DNA of 64,000 bases from Candidatus Cloacimonadota bacterium (GCA_029564175.1 JAKQQL010000110.1:56151-120150); one strand, 5' to 3'. Positions 42,998-53,673 are shown, counted from the first letter of the stretch. Notes: a model not told the origin generated them from the sequence alone. Translations and numbers: made by a program.

Positions 42998-44484
42998 TGG
43001 CTTTTATATTACTGATAAGCGGATTATTTTTAGGATGGTCCCTCGGGGCTAATGATGCTGGTAATATTTTTGGAGCAGCTGTAGAAACGCGGATGATTAA
43101 ATTCAAAACAGCTGCATGGATAGCCAGTATTTTTGTGATATTAGGAGCTGTGATTCAAGGAGGGGGTACTTCACTTACTTTAAGCAGATTAGGAAGTGTC
43201 AATGCTCTGGCCGGTTCTTTTACCGTTGCATTAGCAGCTGGTCTTAGTCTGATATTAATGGTCAGGCTACGAATTCCAGTCTCAAGTTCACAAGCGGTTG
43301 TCGGTTCTATTATTGGCTGGAATATTTTTACCGGAGCTTTTACAGATATCAGTGTCTTGTTGAGTATTGTCTCAGCATGGATCATTACGCCTGTTTTATC
43401 AGCACTTTTTACACTACTAATTTATCATATTTTTAATTATTGTCTAAACAGGTATTCCATCCATATCATTCGATTAGATTTCTATACAAGAATTGGTTTG
43501 ATCGTCATTGGGGCCTTTGGAGCATATAGTTTAGGAGCAAATAATATTGCTAATGTAATGGGTATGTTTATCGATTCATCTCCATTTACGGATATTTATA
43601 TCAATAGATATTTTCAAATATCAGGTATCTCTCAGTTATTTTTTATTGGTGCGTTGGCAATTGCAGTTGGAATTTTTACATATTCCCAAAAAAATATGAG
43701 AACCGTAGGACATGATTTATTTAAATTATCTCCTTTAACAGGTTTAATTGTCGTTTTATCATCATCGATGGTATTGTTTATGTTTTCATCCAGATCATTT
43801 GCTAATTTAATGCATTTATTGCATTTGCCAGCATTACCATTAGTCCCTGTATCCAGCTCTCAGGCAGTCATTGGGTCAATAGTTGGCTTAAGCCTTAGCA
43901 AGGGTATTCAGAATATGCAGTATAAGATTTTAGGCAGAATTTCGATAGGGTGGATTGTAAATCCTGTATTTGCAGGTGTAGTTTGTTTTATAAGCTTGTT
44001 TGTTGTCCAGAATGTTTTTGATCAGGTTGTGTTTAAACCTTCAATATATCGTTTTGACAAAGCAGTGATGATTAAACTGGATAAAGAAGGGATTGATATC
44101 AATAAATTGTCTATACTAAATGGACAGACTTATTACAGCTCAAATGAATTGAGAAAAAATCTAAGTCTTATAAAACTTGATAATTCTGAAAAACAAAAAA
44201 TAGCGGACATATCTTTTATCTATCCAATTCGTATAGAGCATGATAAGATTATCAATAGATTAAATTCTGATTATTTTAACTCAGAACAACTTCATAATCT
44301 ACACATGCTTCATAATCATTTGTTTTATCATAAATGGCAGTTAAATGAGTCTCTTGAAGAAATATCTGAAACATGGGCATTTAAAGATAAACGAATCAGG
44401 AATGAATATCATAATAGGGAATTACAAAAAAAATACTCCATTTTATATAAGAATTTTCAACTAAAAACTTATCATATTGAGTGA
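42997..44484 (+). CDS. PiT-family inorganic phosphate transporter with a soluble C-terminal extension
   Basis: GANDAGN, PVSSSQAVVG, GANNIAN and PVSSSQAVIG. Confidence 0.92.
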   Translation: MAFILLISGLFLGWSLGANDAGNIFGAAVETRMIKFKTAAWIASIFVILGAVIQGGGTSLTLSRLGSVNALAGSFTVALAAGLSLILMVRLRIPVSSSQAVVGSIIGWNIFTGAFTDISVLLSIVSAWIITPVLSALFTLLIYHIFNYCLNRYSIHIIRLDFYTRIGLIVIGAFGAYSLGANNIANVMGMFIDSSPFTDIYINRYFQISGISQLFFIGALAIAVGIFTYSQKNMRTVGHDLFKLSPLTGLIVVLSSSMVLFMFSSRSFANLMHLLHLPALPLVPVSSSQAVIGSIVGLSLSKGIQNMQYKILGRISIGWIVNPVFAGVVCFISLFVVQNVFDQVVFKPSIYRFDKAVMIKLDKEGIDINKLSILNGQTYYSSNELRKNLSLIKLDNSEKQKIADISFIYPIRIEHDKIINRLNSDYFNSEQLHNLHMLHNHLFYHKWQLNESLEEISETWAFKDKRIRNEYHNRELQKKYSILYKNFQLKTYHIE

Positions 44485-44754
44485 TTTTTGTACGTTTTTT
44501 TAAATGTAATAAAATCAGACTTAAGAATGTTTGAAGAAATTCATCTCATATTCAAAAATGTTTCAATCTGTAGTTTTAATTATAGCATTTAAATCAATTT
44601 ATTGGTGATGTTTTTAACCTTACAATTCTTATAAAAAAATATATATATAAATAAAAAGACTGATAAGGAAAGGATAAGGATGGAATAAGGAAACAATAGA
44701 GCAAAATCCTAAAAAACAACCTTAAAAATTGTAGTCATTTTTAAAATAATTTGT

Positions 44755-44792
44755 AAAAAAAAGAGGGCAGGTAATATCCTGCCCCCCTTTTT
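44755..44792. terminator. Intrinsic terminator (patB side, possibly bidirectional)
   Basis: GGGCAGG-taatat-CCTGCCC flanked by an A-run and a T-run. Confidence 0.75.
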
Positions 44793-44804
44793 ATATCGTT
44801 TAAT

Positions 44805-45986
44805 TTATAATTGATCAATAGCGGATTTAAGTCTAATCAGCGCTTCGTTGATGGTTTTACGATTACAACCAAAGTTAAGACGCATAAAAAACTTACCCTG
44901 CTCTCCAAATTTTGAACCAGTATCTAGTCCAATCTTTGCTTTTTCAATAATGAATTTTTCAAGTGCTTCATGTGTTTTAAAATTCAGATTTCTAAAGTCA
45001 ATCCATGTTAAAAAAGTTGCTTCAGTATCAGCCACTTTTAACTGAGGGAGATTTAACTCAAAGAATTTTTCTATATCAGATTTGCATTGTTTCAGGTAAT
45101 CCAACAAATTTTCCAGCCAATCCTCACAATCGTTGTAACAAGTTTCTAAAACAACGTTGCCAAAAACATTCCCCAGAAATACACCACAGTTAAACATAGA
45201 CTTCAAAAATCTGTCTCTTAACTGCTGATTAGGGATAATTACCACAGATGCGCATAAGCCTGCCACATTGAAAGTTTTACTTGGAGCCATACAAGTGAGA
45301 GACACTTCCTGGAAATCTGTAAGAGAAGAAAAAGGAATATGTTTAAAAGGCTTGTAAATTAAATCAGAATGAATTTCATCTGATAAGATAATGACCCCTT
45401 TTGCTTTACAAATTTTTCCAATTCTATCTAATTCTTCTCTTGTCCAAACTCTACCAACCGGATTATGAGGTGAACAAAGAATCATCATTTTAACTCCATC
45501 CAATTTTGCTTCAAGGTCTTCGAAGTCTATTTCATAATGAATCTTGCCTCCATTATGAATTTCTTTTAGTGGATTTTCAATCAGAATTCTTTTATTCAGT
45601 TCGATAGCATCAAAAAAGGGATGATAAACAGGAGGTTGAATAAGTATTTTATCACCAGGCTCAGTAAAAGAAAAAACAGCAAAACTGATGGCTGGTACAA
45701 TACCTGGTGTACTTAAAATCCAATCTTTATCAACTTCCCAGTTATATCTTTTATTCATCCAGTTAATCACTGAATTAAAATAAGAGTCTGTTCTGACAGT
45801 ATAACCAAATACAGGATGTTCGTTTCTTTTATGAATAGCCTGAATAACTTGTGGTGGTACAGGGATATCCATATCTGCAATGGACATAGGAATCAGGTCA
45901 TCTGTGCCAAAAATTTGATGACACCAATCCCATTTAAAAGAACCAGTATTTTTTCTGTCCATTTCTACATCAAAATTGTAGTTCAT
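44805..45986 (-). CDS. patB: MalY/PatB PLP-dependent cystathionine beta-lyase
   Basis: SFKWD, SIADMD, CSPHNPVGRVW, SDEIHSD, APSKTFN and FMRLNFG. Confidence 0.93.
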   Translation of the reverse strand: MNYNFDVEMDRKNTGSFKWDWCHQIFGTDDLIPMSIADMDIPVPPQVIQAIHKRNEHPVFGYTVRTDSYFNSVINWMNKRYNWEVDKDWILSTPGIVPAISFAVFSFTEPGDKILIQPPVYHPFFDAIELNKRILIENPLKEIHNGGKIHYEIDFEDLEAKLDGVKMMILCSPHNPVGRVWTREELDRIGKICKAKGVIILSDEIHSDLIYKPFKHIPFSSLTDFQEVSLTCMAPSKTFNVAGLCASVVIIPNQQLRDRFLKSMFNCGVFLGNVFGNVVLETCYNDCEDWLENLLDYLKQCKSDIEKFFELNLPQLKVADTEATFLTWIDFRNLNFKTHEALEKFIIEKAKIGLDTGSKFGEQGKFFMRLNFGCNRKTINEALIRLKSAIDQL

Positions 45987-46176
45987 AAATAACCTCTTTT
46001 ATTTTAATTTCTAATATACTCTTTGTGTCTTTTAGTAATAAAAATCTATCTGTTTTGAAAATTCAAAATAGTAAATATGAGATTTAAAAACATCTAAATT
46101 TTTATAGTTTTTAGAATACTTAATCACGCTATTTCTTTTTATTTTATTTTTGAATAAACAATTTTTATGCCAATTC

Positions 46177-47574
46177 TCAAAATCTGGAACGAATTTTGTA
46201 AAATCGTTCAAACAACATCTGCTTTACAATGACAATTGTTCTTCTGAAAGGGACTCCTGAGGGTTCCTGAACAAATTGTAGGGGAATTTCAGCTGTCCAT
46301 CTGAGTAAACCTGTTATTGCAAACAAGATTTGTTCAGGTTCAAGTACTAGTCCAAAAATTCTCAACTGACTGGGATAAAATGTACCACTCAGTAACATGG
46401 TTGTCATCATCATTAGACCGCCAATTGCACTATACATAGCAGACCAAAGCTGTTCTTTGCCTTTGGGTGAGATTGATAAGATAAAGTTCATTGAAATAAT
46501 GTTGGTACCACTCCACATAAATCCTGACAGAATAGCTTCTGGCCAAATTAAGAAATAGGAGGATTTATTGAAAAATACCCATATTAAAGGATTAATACCG
46601 CCTAAAAAAACGCAAATCTTCATCATGCTTCTGTTACCAAACTTATCAATTAACTTACCCCACCATTTGAATGCAAACAACATACTGACAGAACTTAATG
46701 CCCCATAAATCTGAACTTCAAACAGACTCATCTCAAGCTTTTTCATCATAAAAGGACCCCAAAATGGAGCTCCAATTCCAATTGCCAGCATCCACCATAT
46801 ATTAAACAGTATTAATTTTCTGAAATTTGGATTCTTAATTGGCTCTAATATGGAATGATCAGAATCTTTCAATGATTTTTTTTTAAAGGATTCAGGTTGT
46901 TTATTTAGAAAATATAATCCAGTTATTCCTATCAGTGTACCAGCCAGGATTACAAGATAAATACCCCAAATTTGATTAGATGATTTGAATAGATTTTCTG
47001 CATTAAAAAATGAAATGAGTTTTATTTTCCAAAAACTTTTATCTTTTTCAAACAAATCGATAAAAAAACTAATTAACCATGCTGTGCTAAAACCATATAT
47101 CATTAAAATTTGCATTCTTTTAGAAAAAAAACGACCTCGAATTTTTACAGGAATTTCATCAGCAATCCAGGCCGTCCACATATTACCACTAATATTTTGT
47201 AATGCTGCTGAAATCATCAAAACAGATAAAAATACGATGATTGACATCATTGAAGGCTGGATTAGAATTGGTATAAATAAAAAAATGTTCAATAAACGTC
47301 CCCAAAATGCAAACCAGACACACTTCGGTTTTCTGCTTGCAGCTTTACGGCTGATCAGATATCCGCTCAGCTGGAATAGCTGAGAAAGCTGAGCGATTGC
47401 AGACATTATACTAAAATGTAAAGGACTCGCATTTAGTAGTACTGCAAATTTTGTGATAAATGAGCTACCAATAGAAACAAATCCGGAATATACCTGAGCA
47501 AAAATTCCTTCGAAAATTGAAATATGCATTACCTGTCTAATCTGATTATTTAGTTTGTTTTTTTTTCTTTTCAA
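46177..47574 (-). CDS. MFS transporter
   Basis: About 12 TM segments; WTAWIADEIP..RGRFFS and WGKLIDKFGNR; TTG start with AGGAG RBS. Confidence 0.88.
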   Translation of the reverse strand: MKRKKNKLNNQIRQVMHISIFEGIFAQVYSGFVSIGSSFITKFAVLLNASPLHFSIMSAIAQLSQLFQLSGYLISRKAASRKPKCVWFAFWGRLLNIFLFIPILIQPSMMSIIVFLSVLMISAALQNISGNMWTAWIADEIPVKIRGRFFSKRMQILMIYGFSTAWLISFFIDLFEKDKSFWKIKLISFFNAENLFKSSNQIWGIYLVILAGTLIGITGLYFLNKQPESFKKKSLKDSDHSILEPIKNPNFRKLILFNIWWMLAIGIGAPFWGPFMMKKLEMSLFEVQIYGALSSVSMLFAFKWWGKLIDKFGNRSMMKICVFLGGINPLIWVFFNKSSYFLIWPEAILSGFMWSGTNIISMNFILSISPKGKEQLWSAMYSAIGGLMMMTTMLLSGTFYPSQLRIFGLVLEPEQILFAITGLLRWTAEIPLQFVQEPSGVPFRRTIVIVKQMLFERFYKIRSRF

Positions 47575-47786
47575 TTCTTACTCCTAAACTAAATCTTTTA
47601 TATCCCATGCTGACGTCAAGTTTTAAATTTTAAAATACTTTGATCAATGTAATACAAAAATATAGTAAATCATATTCAATAATTCAATCTAAAAGCAGTT
47701 AAATATGATTTTTTTTTAAAAAAATGTAACAAACTTGCTTTTTTTGATTATTTTTAATATAGATGCAGTGTGTTTTAAAAAAATGA

Positions 47787-47815
47787 TTGACAAAAATCAA
47801 TGAAATTATTAAGTT
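47787..47815 (+). promoter_or_regulatory. Probable sigma70 promoter for the lipoprotein-LysM pair
   Basis: TTGACA-N17-TAAGTT; GGGAGAG RBS. Confidence 0.5.
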
Positions 47816-47845
47816 ATAACCAAGAGAAAAAAAAGGGAGAGAATT

Positions 47846-48088
47846 ATGAAAGCTCAAACAAAATTATCAGGATTGATTATTCTGATAAGTATGTTATTTC
47901 TTGCTGCTTGTACACCTCCGCCACCTCCTGTTAGCAAAGACCAGTTAAGTAAAGCACAGGAAGAAACACTGGCAGCTGAACAAAAGGCGAAAGAAAGCGC
48001 ACAACAGAAAGCAGATTTAGAAAAACAGATTAAAGAAAAAAATGACAAACTTTCAACTTTAAAACAAATGGAAAAAGAAATGGAATAA
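47846..48088 (+). CDS. Small coiled-coil lipoprotein
   Basis: Lipobox LAAC, poly-Pro linker and heptad K/E/Q helix. Confidence 0.85.
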   Translation: MKAQTKLSGLIILISMLFLAACTPPPPPVSKDQLSKAQEETLAAEQKAKESAQQKADLEKQIKEKNDKLSTLKQMEKEME

Positions 48089-48102
48089 GGGGAGAGTTTA
48101 TC

Positions 48103-49011
48103 ATGAAAAAATTACTTTTAATCAGTTTGATACTGACAATACTGTTACCTGTTGCATTGAATGCTGCTGTTACTTATCTGAGTGATGATGAATACAAAAA
48201 ATTAAACAAAGCTGAAAGACAGCAATATTGGCAAAATCTTGAAAACGAAATGGCGTCTTTACAACAAAGAAAAGCGAAAGCAGATGCAGATTTTGCTAAA
48301 AATAATACCGATATTGAAAATTATAAACAAAATTTAGCAAACATCAACACAGAAATAGAAGCCTTATATCAAAAACTGGCTATCACTGACTCAAATTTGA
48401 ATGATCTGCGTTCAAAAATCCAATACTATAAAGACCAATTAGTAAACTGGGAAGCGATGAGTGATACTCAATTATGGGAAAATGCCAAAGCATTTAAAGA
48501 ATTGAATACTAACTATGATCAAACAAAACAAGTTAAAATTGCGAAATTGCCAGAATTTAGAAGAGAATTTACAGATCTCGACAGAAGATTTGCCGCAATT
48601 AATAATTCAATGCAAGAAGTAACACAAAAAGCGGCAGAAAAATCTCAGGCAGCTGAAGGTGAATACCATGAAGATAATTATACTGTAGTTAGAGGCGATT
48701 ATCTATCAAAAATAGCCGCTTATGATCATATATATGGTGACTCAAAAAAATGGGGTGTAATTTACCGTGCAAACCGTGACCAGATAAAAGACCCTAACAT
48801 TATTCAAACAGGTATGGAACTTAAGATTCCTCGTGGACTACCAACTAGTTGGAAAGTCTATAAAGGCGAAAGTTTATGGAAAATTGCTGCTTATCCAGAA
48901 GTTTATGGTAAAGGCAGTAAATGGACTATTATCTATAGAGCAAACAAAGATCAGATTAAAGATCCTGATATCATTCACCCTGATCAAGTATTCTCTATCC
49001 CAAGAGACTAA
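48103..49011 (+). CDS. Exported coiled-coil protein with two LysM domains
   Basis: Signal peptide; YTVVRGDYLSKIA..IYRANRDQIKDPNII and WKVYKGESLWKIA..IYRANKDQIKDPDII. Confidence 0.92.
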   Translation: MKKLLLISLILTILLPVALNAAVTYLSDDEYKKLNKAERQQYWQNLENEMASLQQRKAKADADFAKNNTDIENYKQNLANINTEIEALYQKLAITDSNLNDLRSKIQYYKDQLVNWEAMSDTQLWENAKAFKELNTNYDQTKQVKIAKLPEFRREFTDLDRRFAAINNSMQEVTQKAAEKSQAAEGEYHEDNYTVVRGDYLSKIAAYDHIYGDSKKWGVIYRANRDQIKDPNIIQTGMELKIPRGLPTSWKVYKGESLWKIAAYPEVYGKGSKWTIIYRANKDQIKDPDIIHPDQVFSIPRD

Positions 49012-49023
49012 TCATATTTATAA

Positions 49024-49058
49024 GCAATGGCCTCCTAAAGGAGGCCATTGCCCTTTTT
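49024..49058 (+). terminator. Intrinsic terminator
   Basis: GCAATGGCCTCCT-aa-AGGAGGCCATTGC followed by CCTTTTT. Confidence 0.85.
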
Positions 49059-49166
49059 AAATGAAATATGACAATATTTGAGTAACTAAAGATGTAATTG
49101 TTTTTGATTTCTAAAGATATGTGTTATTTGTCTTACTCTTCTTAGGCAGTTTTAAACGGAGGTATA

Positions 49167-51284
49167 ATGAATTTTAACAAAAAAAGCTTTATAGTTTCAA
49201 TTGTTGCATCGGCTCTTCTCGCTTTAAGCTTTTATATTTTTTCATTATTTTATGGTAATAATCCACGATATCAATTTCAAATAGGACAAGTATCTCAGCA
49301 AAATGTTAAAGCACCTTTTGCCTTTACTGTAGTTAAATCAGAAAATATGATACAGAAGGAAATTTATGAAAAACTAAAGACTCTTCCGCCAATTTATAAA
49401 ATATCAGAAAATGCTAAATTTCAGATGCTTAAAGAATTAGACTATCTTTTTATTGAATTAAATAATACTTTTGAAACAAACGATACACTGAATTTTATTG
49501 AACGCTTTTCAAGAAATGGTTATCAGTTTTCTCAGGATACTTATCAGTTTTTAAAAACAACTTCAAAAAGAAAATATCTTTATCAGTTTTTATATGAACA
49601 AATACAAAGAATCAATCAAAAAGCGATTTATGATACAGCAACTCCTGGTCAACAAATCAGAATTCATGAAAATAACAAGATTCAAACACTATCTGTTACA
49701 AAACTTTACTCATTAAATCAGGCAAAACAAGAAATCATCAATTCAACGGATTCATCAGTTTTAAAGCAAGTTTTGTTTAATGTGTTGGATAATGTCTTGT
49801 CTGCAAATCTCGAAGAGGATATAGAGGCAACTGAGGATGAAAAACAAAAAATTAGGAAAAGTATAAATCCTGTTCTGGGAAGTATTGAAAAAGATGAAAT
49901 CATTGTCAGTAGAAATCAAAAGATAAGTGATCAGGATTTAGTTGTAATAGAATCATTAATGAAGGCTTATCGTGATAAAAAAGACAATAAAGAAGTAAGA
50001 AGTCTAATCGTTTCTTCTCTTGGGCTTTTCATCTTTAATATGATCATATTTTCATTATATTTTGTCATTACATCAATTCTATTTGATCAGCGATACAATC
50101 AGGACAGGCATACCTGGTTAGTCATATCTATGCTTGTTTTTAACGCTTTGATTACCATTACTTTTAGCTTTTCAATGGATCCAAAATATCTGATGCTCTT
50201 TCCATTTTCCTTATTTGTTATCATATTAGCTTACTTGTTTATTCCTGCTTATTCATTTGTCTTTTCTTTTTTTAATGTATTGTTATTGGCTCAATATTCA
50301 AATTGGAATTATTTTTTTATTTTCAGTACTATTTTTCCAGGTCTCTTTGCTATTTATTGTATAAAAAAGTATAAACAAATTAATCACTTTGTTTTGTTTC
50401 TCTATATGATTTTTGGTTATAGTATTTCTATTCTGGCATTAAGTTTATTCAGACTGGATCATTGGCTAACAGCTGGTATGAATATTATCTATGGTTTTAT
50501 TTCTAGTTTTATCGCTATAACTGTTTCGATTGTACTTTTACCTGTAATTGAAAAACAATTTTCTTTTGCAAGTAAACAAACTCTGCTAGAATTACTTGAT
50601 TTTAATCAGCCTTTATTAAAACAACTGGCAAAGGAAGCTTCTGGTACATATTATCATTCATTGATAGTTGGAAATCTAGCAGAAGCAGCAGCTGAAGCGA
50701 TTAATGCTAATCCATTGATAGCAAGAGTTGGCAGCTATTATCATGATATTGGAAAATTATCAAATCCAGTAGCCTTTATTGAGAATAATCAAGATTCTTC
50801 AGAAATTCACAATAAATTACCAGCAAAAGAAAGTGCAAATCTGATCAAGAATCATGTTTTAAATGGTATTAAACTTGCAAAGTTACACAAGTTACCTCAG
50901 TTTATTACTGAGATCATTGTACAACATCATGGAGATAACAAGATTAAATATTTTTATTATAAAGCGTTGAAAGAAGAAACTGCTATTGATGAGAAAGATT
51001 TTGTTTATTCTGGCCCGATACCTCAGACAAAAGAAGCTGCATTGGTGATGATTGCTGATATTGTTGAATCTACTACTAAATCACTTAAAAATTATAATCA
51101 TGACGCAATCCAAAAGGTGATAGACGATACAGTGTTAACACTGATTGAGGAACACCAGCTTGACAATGCGCCTATAACAATGAAAGAGTTAAGCATAATC
51201 AAAGAAACGATGTTACCCATATTAGAAAGTATTCATCGGAAAAGAATAGAGTATCCAAAGGACATAAAAAAGAAAAATGAATAA
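49167..51284 (+). CDS. 7TM-HD (7TMR-HDED + HDIG) phosphohydrolase, PgpH-like
   Basis: Extracytoplasmic domain, seven TM helices, then YYHS, YYHDIGK, QHHG, MIAD and RIEYP. Confidence 0.92.
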   Translation: MNFNKKSFIVSIVASALLALSFYIFSLFYGNNPRYQFQIGQVSQQNVKAPFAFTVVKSENMIQKEIYEKLKTLPPIYKISENAKFQMLKELDYLFIELNNTFETNDTLNFIERFSRNGYQFSQDTYQFLKTTSKRKYLYQFLYEQIQRINQKAIYDTATPGQQIRIHENNKIQTLSVTKLYSLNQAKQEIINSTDSSVLKQVLFNVLDNVLSANLEEDIEATEDEKQKIRKSINPVLGSIEKDEIIVSRNQKISDQDLVVIESLMKAYRDKKDNKEVRSLIVSSLGLFIFNMIIFSLYFVITSILFDQRYNQDRHTWLVISMLVFNALITITFSFSMDPKYLMLFPFSLFVIILAYLFIPAYSFVFSFFNVLLLAQYSNWNYFFIFSTIFPGLFAIYCIKKYKQINHFVLFLYMIFGYSISILALSLFRLDHWLTAGMNIIYGFISSFIAITVSIVLLPVIEKQFSFASKQTLLELLDFNQPLLKQLAKEASGTYYHSLIVGNLAEAAAEAINANPLIARVGSYYHDIGKLSNPVAFIENNQDSSEIHNKLPAKESANLIKNHVLNGIKLAKLHKLPQFITEIIVQHHGDNKIKYFYYKALKEETAIDEKDFVYSGPIPQTKEAALVMIADIVESTTKSLKNYNHDAIQKVIDDTVLTLIEEHQLDNAPITMKELSIIKETMLPILESIHRKRIEYPKDIKKKNE

Positions 51285-51717
51285 CATTGATTTGATTGAT
51301 GAATCCGGTTATCCCATTAATACCAATATATTTCAGGAAACACTTGACATTTTAATCATTCATAATTTATTTGATGAAAAAAAGACCTTATGTCTTAAAC
51401 TAATCAATGAGGGCAAAATCAAAATTTTCAATAAAAAATATCGGGGAAAAGACAAAGAAACAGACGTTCTTACTTTTATATCTGAGTTCTATGAAACAGG
51501 TTTTTTGGGGGATATGTTAATTGATGTCAGTGTAGCAGATAATCAAAAAGATTCACATAGCCTAAAGGACGAGTTATTATTATTATTCGTACATGGATTA
51601 TTGCATCTTCAAGGATTTGATCACATCAAGTCTTCGGATAAAATTGTAATGAAATTAAAAGAAACTCAGATTTATGATCTATTATACAAGGAGAAAATGA
51701 TATCGTGGAAGATATAA
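51277..51717 (+). CDS. ybeY: Endoribonuclease YbeY
   Basis: NKKYRGKDKETDVLTF, LGD and HGLLHLQGFDH. Confidence 0.95.
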   Translation: MNNIDLIDESGYPINTNIFQETLDILIIHNLFDEKKTLCLKLINEGKIKIFNKKYRGKDKETDVLTFISEFYETGFLGDMLIDVSVADNQKDSHSLKDELLLLFVHGLLHLQGFDHIKSSDKIVMKLKETQIYDLLYKEKMISWKI

Positions 51718-52973
51718 CATATTATACGATAGGCTTTTTATTGATATTATCAGCTTTTTTTTCAGGTAGTGAAACTGCTTATTTTTCTCTATCTAAACTT
51801 CACATAAAAAAGCTTGAAAAATCGAATAATGATGCTTCTAAAAGAATCTTCAGACTATTATCAAAAACCCGTCAGTTACTGATCACTATCCTAATAGGGA
51901 ATACATTGGTCAATATACTTGCATCATCACTGGCAACTCTTATTGCAATTGATATTGCATCTCGTTTCCCATTACAATACAAAAATATGATTATATCAGC
52001 TGAGATTCTGCTCATGACTGTTTTATTGCTTGTTTTTGGTGAAATTACTCCAAAGATTATCGCATTTACCAATCCTGTTCGTTTTTCAAAAATCACCAGC
52101 TTACCTATAGAAATATTAAAGATCATTCTTTTCCCATTTGTCTTTATGCTGGATAAGTTATTAAGTTTGATAACTAAAAAGAAAGATACGCATGTTAATG
52201 ATAATTCATCAATAACCAGTGAAGATTTTCATAATTTTATAAAATCAAAATCACAAAATCATCCTTTAGAAGAAAACGAAAAAAAGATTATTGATAGTAT
52301 TTTTAGATTTTCTACTACTCAGGTGAAAGAAATCATTGTACCCAGGGTTGACATCGTAGGAGTCGAAATATCTGAAACGATAGATAAAGCTAAAAAAATT
52401 ATTACTGAATCTGGTTATTCAAGAATACCCGTTTATCATAAACGCATTGATGAAATCGTCGGTGTGTTGTATGCAAAAGATTTATTGCTGAATCCTGATA
52501 AAAAGACAATTGGTTCAATAATGAGAAAACCATTCTATGTGACAGAAAATATGAAAATTCAAAACTTGTTAAATCAGTTTAAAAGTAAAAAAATTCAGAT
52601 AGCTATTGTTGTCGATGAGTATGGTGGGACTTCAGGACTTATCAGTCTTGAAGATATTCTTGAGCAACTTGTTGGAGAGATTATGGATGAGTATGATGAT
52701 GAAATGCCCTCAATAACTAAACTAAACGACAGAGACTATATTGTAAGCGGGATGATTAATATCCCTGAGCTAAATCATCAGTTTAACTTAAATTTAAATG
52801 AAGAATATGAAAACTTAGCTGCTTTTCTATTCGATTCCCTAAATCATGTCCCTCAAAAAAATGAAAAATATAGTGTTGAAAATCAGGTAGAATTTACAAT
52901 TACACAGATAAAAAGACAGCGTATAAATTACGTAAAATTGCATCTTTTGAATGAAAATGCTGAAGAAGAATAA
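51705..52973 (+). CDS. CNNM/hemolysin-family (DUF21-CBS-CorC) protein
   Basis: SAFFSGSETAYFS, FGEITPK, GYSRIPVY and VVDEYGGTSG. Confidence 0.93.
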   Translation: MEDITYYTIGFLLILSAFFSGSETAYFSLSKLHIKKLEKSNNDASKRIFRLLSKTRQLLITILIGNTLVNILASSLATLIAIDIASRFPLQYKNMIISAEILLMTVLLLVFGEITPKIIAFTNPVRFSKITSLPIEILKIILFPFVFMLDKLLSLITKKKDTHVNDNSSITSEDFHNFIKSKSQNHPLEENEKKIIDSIFRFSTTQVKEIIVPRVDIVGVEISETIDKAKKIITESGYSRIPVYHKRIDEIVGVLYAKDLLLNPDKKTIGSIMRKPFYVTENMKIQNLLNQFKSKKIQIAIVVDEYGGTSGLISLEDILEQLVGEIMDEYDDEMPSITKLNDRDYIVSGMINIPELNHQFNLNLNEEYENLAAFLFDSLNHVPQKNEKYSVENQVEFTITQIKRQRINYVKLHLLNENAEEE

Positions 52974-53673
52974 GCTATTAGCCCTTTTTTTTATTATTAT
53001 CTATTGTCTTGTTTATGGAGAACAAATGAATTTTGATATTAAATATCTGAATATCTCAGTTGCAAAATTACATTTTTCTCTTCATGAAAATGAATTAATG
53101 GTCAAAGCCAAATCAACAAATATTACTAGTTTTCTGACTGATAACATTGATAATTTGTATGTTGTGAGTTACAGAGATGAATATATTCCAGTCGTTTATA
53201 AAAAAATGATTAAACAAGAAAAATATAAAGAAAATTCAACAACCATCTATCATGATAACAGTGCTGATTATCTAAATACGATAAAGAATGAAAATTTTAA
53301 ATATGCTGTCAGTCAAGACAGCAGAGAAATTTTTACAGCATTATTTTATTTAAGAAATCTGGATTTACAAAATCAAAATACGATTAATCTTGATGTAAAT
53401 AGAAATCACTGGCAGGTTAGAAGTGGATTTGTAAAAAAATGTCAAATTAATACAATTTTAGGAAAGAAAAAAAGTATTTTGGTTAAATTGGATTTTAAGA
53501 AGATAAAAGGTGCTGTAAAGATTAAAAGTGACATTTTAACTAATAATCTGGTAAATGAAAAGAACAGTCTCTATTTCTGGTTTTCTGACGATCAATATAG
53601 AATCCCTTTGAAAGCAGAATACCAGACTTCTCCCTTTTCTGTAACTTGGTTGTTGACAAATTACCAGAAATGA
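52951..53673 (+). CDS. Exported DUF3108-like protein
   Basis: Signal peptide; YLNISVA, TALFYLR and FWFSDDQYRIPLK. Confidence 0.7.
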   Translation: MKMLKKNKLLALFFIIIYCLVYGEQMNFDIKYLNISVAKLHFSLHENELMVKAKSTNITSFLTDNIDNLYVVSYRDEYIPVVYKKMIKQEKYKENSTTIYHDNSADYLNTIKNENFKYAVSQDSREIFTALFYLRNLDLQNQNTINLDVNRNHWQVRSGFVKKCQINTILGKKKSILVKLDFKKIKGAVKIKSDILTNNLVNEKNSLYFWFSDDQYRIPLKAEYQTSPFSVTWLLTNYQK

